A stretch of DNA of 26,990 nucleotides, taken from positions 1 to 26,990 of the IMG/VR virus record IMGVR_UViG_3300040971_000359; one strand, given 5' to 3'. Position numbers and translations under genes: made by a program. Within the stretch, counting starts at the first letter, position 1, and the number at the start of each line of letters is the position of its first letter. This DNA comes from a virus (Duplodnaviria; Caudoviricetes). This document shows positions 24,674 to 26,990 of the stretch, one piece after another. Below the pieces are notes generated by a model. The model did no database searches, was not told the origin of the DNA, and worked only from the letters and a program-made list of their open reading frames with translations.

Positions 24674-25098
24674 AACTCCATCTCCAGTTTGCGCATCCTG
24701 ATGCGCGCATCTTTTGCCCGGTGATATTCCTTTGCCCACAACAACAACTTCACCTCCTCCTCTCCGATTAACATCCCACCCAGGGGAGCAAGCACCTCCC
24801 GCATCGGTTCCAGATCATCGAGTGCCGCGCAGAAAACCATCAGACTGTTGATGCCGGGAGTATGCTCCATGGTTCTGAATATCTTAAACAAGAACTCAAG
24901 GCTAAATTTGGGCTGGATGGCCGCCCGTAACTCGCTGGCGTGAAGGCAGTATATGATAGCCGTGCTTTGGAAGGCCTGTTTGACAGAGACCGGGCCTTCC
25001 TTTTTTTCGTCACAAACTTGAGAAGATCGCCAACGGTTTTTTCCTTCTTGCTCCCATGACTCACAAAGGGCCAGTAGTCTTTTTTCACTGTCCGCCAT
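24670..25098 (-). CDS. First early gene; C-terminus resembles phage CII-like regulators
   Basis: GAGGTGAGG SD; EHTPGINSLMVFCAAL...EPMREVLAPLG...LLLWA. Confidence 0.6.
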   Translation of the reverse strand: MADSEKRLLALCESWEQEGKNRWRSSQVCDEKKEGPVSVKQAFQSTAIIYCLHASELRAAIQPKFSLEFLFKIFRTMEHTPGINSLMVFCAALDDLEPMREVLAPLGGMLIGEEEVKLLLWAKEYHRAKDARIRMRKLEMEL

Positions 25099-25206
25099 AC
25101 CCTCACCTCACTGTCTAAATTAAATAAAAACTCATACATTGATATTAGCCTGACCGATGTGGTAGATTGTCCCTATCGGCAGTAACATTTGTTACTAACA
25201 AGTAAG

Positions 25207-25236
25207 ACAATAGCACCCGTTCGGTAGCATTGTCAA
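25207..25236 (-). promoter_or_regulatory. Early lytic promoter (Pe-like)
   Basis: TTGACA-N18-TATTGT with TGn extended -10 on minus strand. Confidence 0.72.
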
Positions 25237-25395
25237 CACCTATTTGGGCGCAGAGCTTTATTTTTGTTTAATAATGGCGACAAATGAAAAAAGCATTGAT
25301 AATACAAACACCTAAAGAACATCTCACTTTACCTGCACGCGCAGAGCTTTCAGCAGAGCTTTCGGAAATTAAAGCTCTGCGCCCAAACGGGTGTT
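25235..25395. promoter_or_regulatory. Operator / transposition-enhancer-like repeat array
   Basis: 26-bp inverted repeat with 2 mismatches (25235-25260 / 25370-25395); four GCAGAGCTTT copies; IHF-like TATCAATGCTTTT (minus, 25301-25289). Confidence 0.7.
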
Positions 25396-25399
25396 TTTT

Positions 25400-26032
25400 A
25401 TGATCGGGAAGAAAATAAAACAACTGCGAGGGAAGGAACCTCAAGCGGAATTTGGGATGAGATTCGGCATTAGCAGAAACACAGTTATGAGATATGAATC
25501 TGGTGACAGAAAGCCAGATTCAGATTTCATCGCCGCGCTTTGCCAAGAATACAATGTCAGCGCCGACTGGCTGCTGGATAAAGAGCACGGAAGCTCGCCG
25601 CCACCAGCTGACGGCGATTACGTTCATATCCCGCGCTTCGAGGTCGTCGCCAGCGCCGGGGGCGGGGCTGTGGTCCATAGCGAACAGATCGTGGACTATC
25701 TTTCCTTTAGGGCTGATTGGGTGCGAAGTTCTCTGGGTGTCTCGGTGGGCGATCTTGCGCTGATCAGCGTGATCGGCGACTCCATGGAACCGAGTCTTTC
25801 TGAAGGGGATGTGGTGCTCCTGGACATGACCACCAGAAGCGTTTTGGATGGGTCAATCTATGCGTTGCAACTCAACGGTGGCCTGCTCGTCAAGCGCATC
25901 CAGCGCATGCTCGACGGTAGCCTTATAGTAAAATCAGATAATGCGCGTTATGACACGGAGACTGTCTCTGAAGAAAATGCGGAGCGGCTCAAGATTATTG
26001 GCCGTGTTGTATGGGTTGGCAGGCGTCTGTAA
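25400..26032 (+). CDS. CI/LexA-type repressor (XRE HTH + S24 peptidase)
   Basis: HTH QAEFGMRFGISRNTVMRYESGDRKP; ASAG cleavage site, GDSMEP Ser, VKR Lys; divergent from early operon; no clear SD. Confidence 0.93.
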   Translation: MIGKKIKQLRGKEPQAEFGMRFGISRNTVMRYESGDRKPDSDFIAALCQEYNVSADWLLDKEHGSSPPPADGDYVHIPRFEVVASAGGGAVVHSEQIVDYLSFRADWVRSSLGVSVGDLALISVIGDSMEPSLSEGDVVLLDMTTRSVLDGSIYALQLNGGLLVKRIQRMLDGSLIVKSDNARYDTETVSEENAERLKIIGRVVWVGRRL

Positions 26033-26072
26033 TAGTTTGGTGAACAAATCTACTGCGAGAGGATAGGCTTAT

Positions 26073-26990
26073 ATGAATGCAGATCTGAATGTAATTGAAG
26101 TGCCTTACAAAGTAAAATATACTAATAAAAGAGCTGTCCCAATTGACAAACTTGTACAATCGTTACTGGCTTATGAAAAACTACTAAAAAGAGTCGGCCC
26201 CTTTGTTGAAGAAGTTTGCAATGGCGCGATAGTTGTCGATATTGAAGTCCTGGTTTACAGTGTCCAAGCGGGAAGCGTCACTGAAGATTTTATAGTCAGA
26301 ATCGTTTTTGGAAATAAAGAAAATTACGATCAAGCTAAAGAGGTCGTTGGAAAAATGTTTGAAAAGACCCCCCTACTTACTGGAGCTGTATGTCTTGGTG
26401 TTGCAGCCTATATTGGATTTGGGGTGAGAAACGCTTTGATCAATCAGGGTGTTACCACACCATCAACCAGTATAGTTGCACACAGTGGTGCAATTGTCCA
26501 AACCGGCGGCGAAATGAATATCTCTGAAAAAACCATCACAGATATATTAAATAAAACAAAGGATAAAAAGAAACTGAGCCAAGAGGCTATTGCGGTAATT
26601 GCACCGGCTCAATTGGAAGAAGGAGCGACTATAGAATTTAATGATAATCAGCTGAAAGATCTAACAATAACATCTGCTCTTGCTAAAGAGGCCCCTTCTA
26701 AATACGAGCCACCAGAAAAAACACAGGACACTGAAGTTTTACTGAACACTGAGGTTGAAATATGGGCAAGTGACAAAGATAGCAACACTCGTTCTTGGGC
26801 GGGAATTGTTCCTGGAAAGATTAATAAACGAATCAAGTTCGAGTTAAATGAAGCGATACACCCAAACGATTTACATGGGAACAGAAGCGTTCGTGCTGAT
26901 ATAATTATTACAACAGAACTTGACCCAAATAAAAAAGAATTTATTCCCAAAAAAGTTGAGATTCTCAAAGTTTACAAAAAAACTGAATAA
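26073..26990 (+). CDS. AT-rich accessory protein (305 aa) with one central hydrophobic segment
   Basis: GAGG SD; 40 nt after repressor; LLTGAVCLGVAAYIGFGV segment; no family recognised. Confidence 0.85.
   Translation: MNADLNVIEVPYKVKYTNKRAVPIDKLVQSLLAYEKLLKRVGPFVEEVCNGAIVVDIEVLVYSVQAGSVTEDFIVRIVFGNKENYDQAKEVVGKMFEKTPLLTGAVCLGVAAYIGFGVRNALINQGVTTPSTSIVAHSGAIVQTGGEMNISEKTITDILNKTKDKKKLSQEAIAVIAPAQLEEGATIEFNDNQLKDLTITSALAKEAPSKYEPPEKTQDTEVLLNTEVEIWASDKDSNTRSWAGIVPGKINKRIKFELNEAIHPNDLHGNRSVRADIIITTELDPNKKEFIPKKVEILKVYKKTE

Larger units (their letters stand above)
1..26990. mobile_element. Mu-like transposable prophage (partial, both ends outside window), predicted non-contractile tail
   Basis: MuA/MuB, GemA, Mor, portal, gpF, gpG, gpI, gpT and gp36-like genes in Mu-like order; tube gene follows neck genes with no sheath gene. 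Inclusion of the last gene (26073-26990) is inferred. Confidence 0.95.

Noticed and set aside
26033-26990. Prophage terminus (TG...CA with MuA binding repeats)
   Set aside because: No end repeats seen; the window stops at the last gene's stop codon.
1-26990. Host assignment, and tRNA, DGR, invertase, gam or mom genes
   Set aside because: No host genes are present to support a taxon; none of these genes was recognised in the window.

Overview
The window is almost entirely one Mu-like (transposable) prophage, read mostly on the minus strand. At the right are a plus-strand S24/LexA-type repressor, followed by an AT-rich accessory gene, and a divergent operator/enhancer region. The early operon carries CII-like, Ner-like, MuA transposase, MuB ATPase, HTH-DUF3164, small Cys-rich, GemA and Mor genes. 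Next come a BRO-N antirepressor cassette and a plus-strand moron with its own promoter and terminator. The late genes follow: SLT endolysin, TraR, terminase, portal, gpF, gpG, gpI/Z, gpT, neck genes, tail tube with no sheath gene (siphovirus-type), tail chaperone and a tape measure gene running off the left edge. Neither phage end is visible. The most notable features are at RNA level: a complete type II hammerhead ribozyme with pseudoknot in the early operon (17729-17790), and a full P1-C4/P4-CI-like antisense RNA system with a1/b1/a2/b2 targets controlling the antirepressor (15546-15822). Also notable are a P2-type TTTTTTG -1 frameshift in the tail chaperone, an antisense membrane gene fitted with zero spacing between tail genes, and a 16-bp inverted repeat 2 kb apart around the neck/tube genes. 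All family calls come from motif recognition and gene order; no database searches were run.
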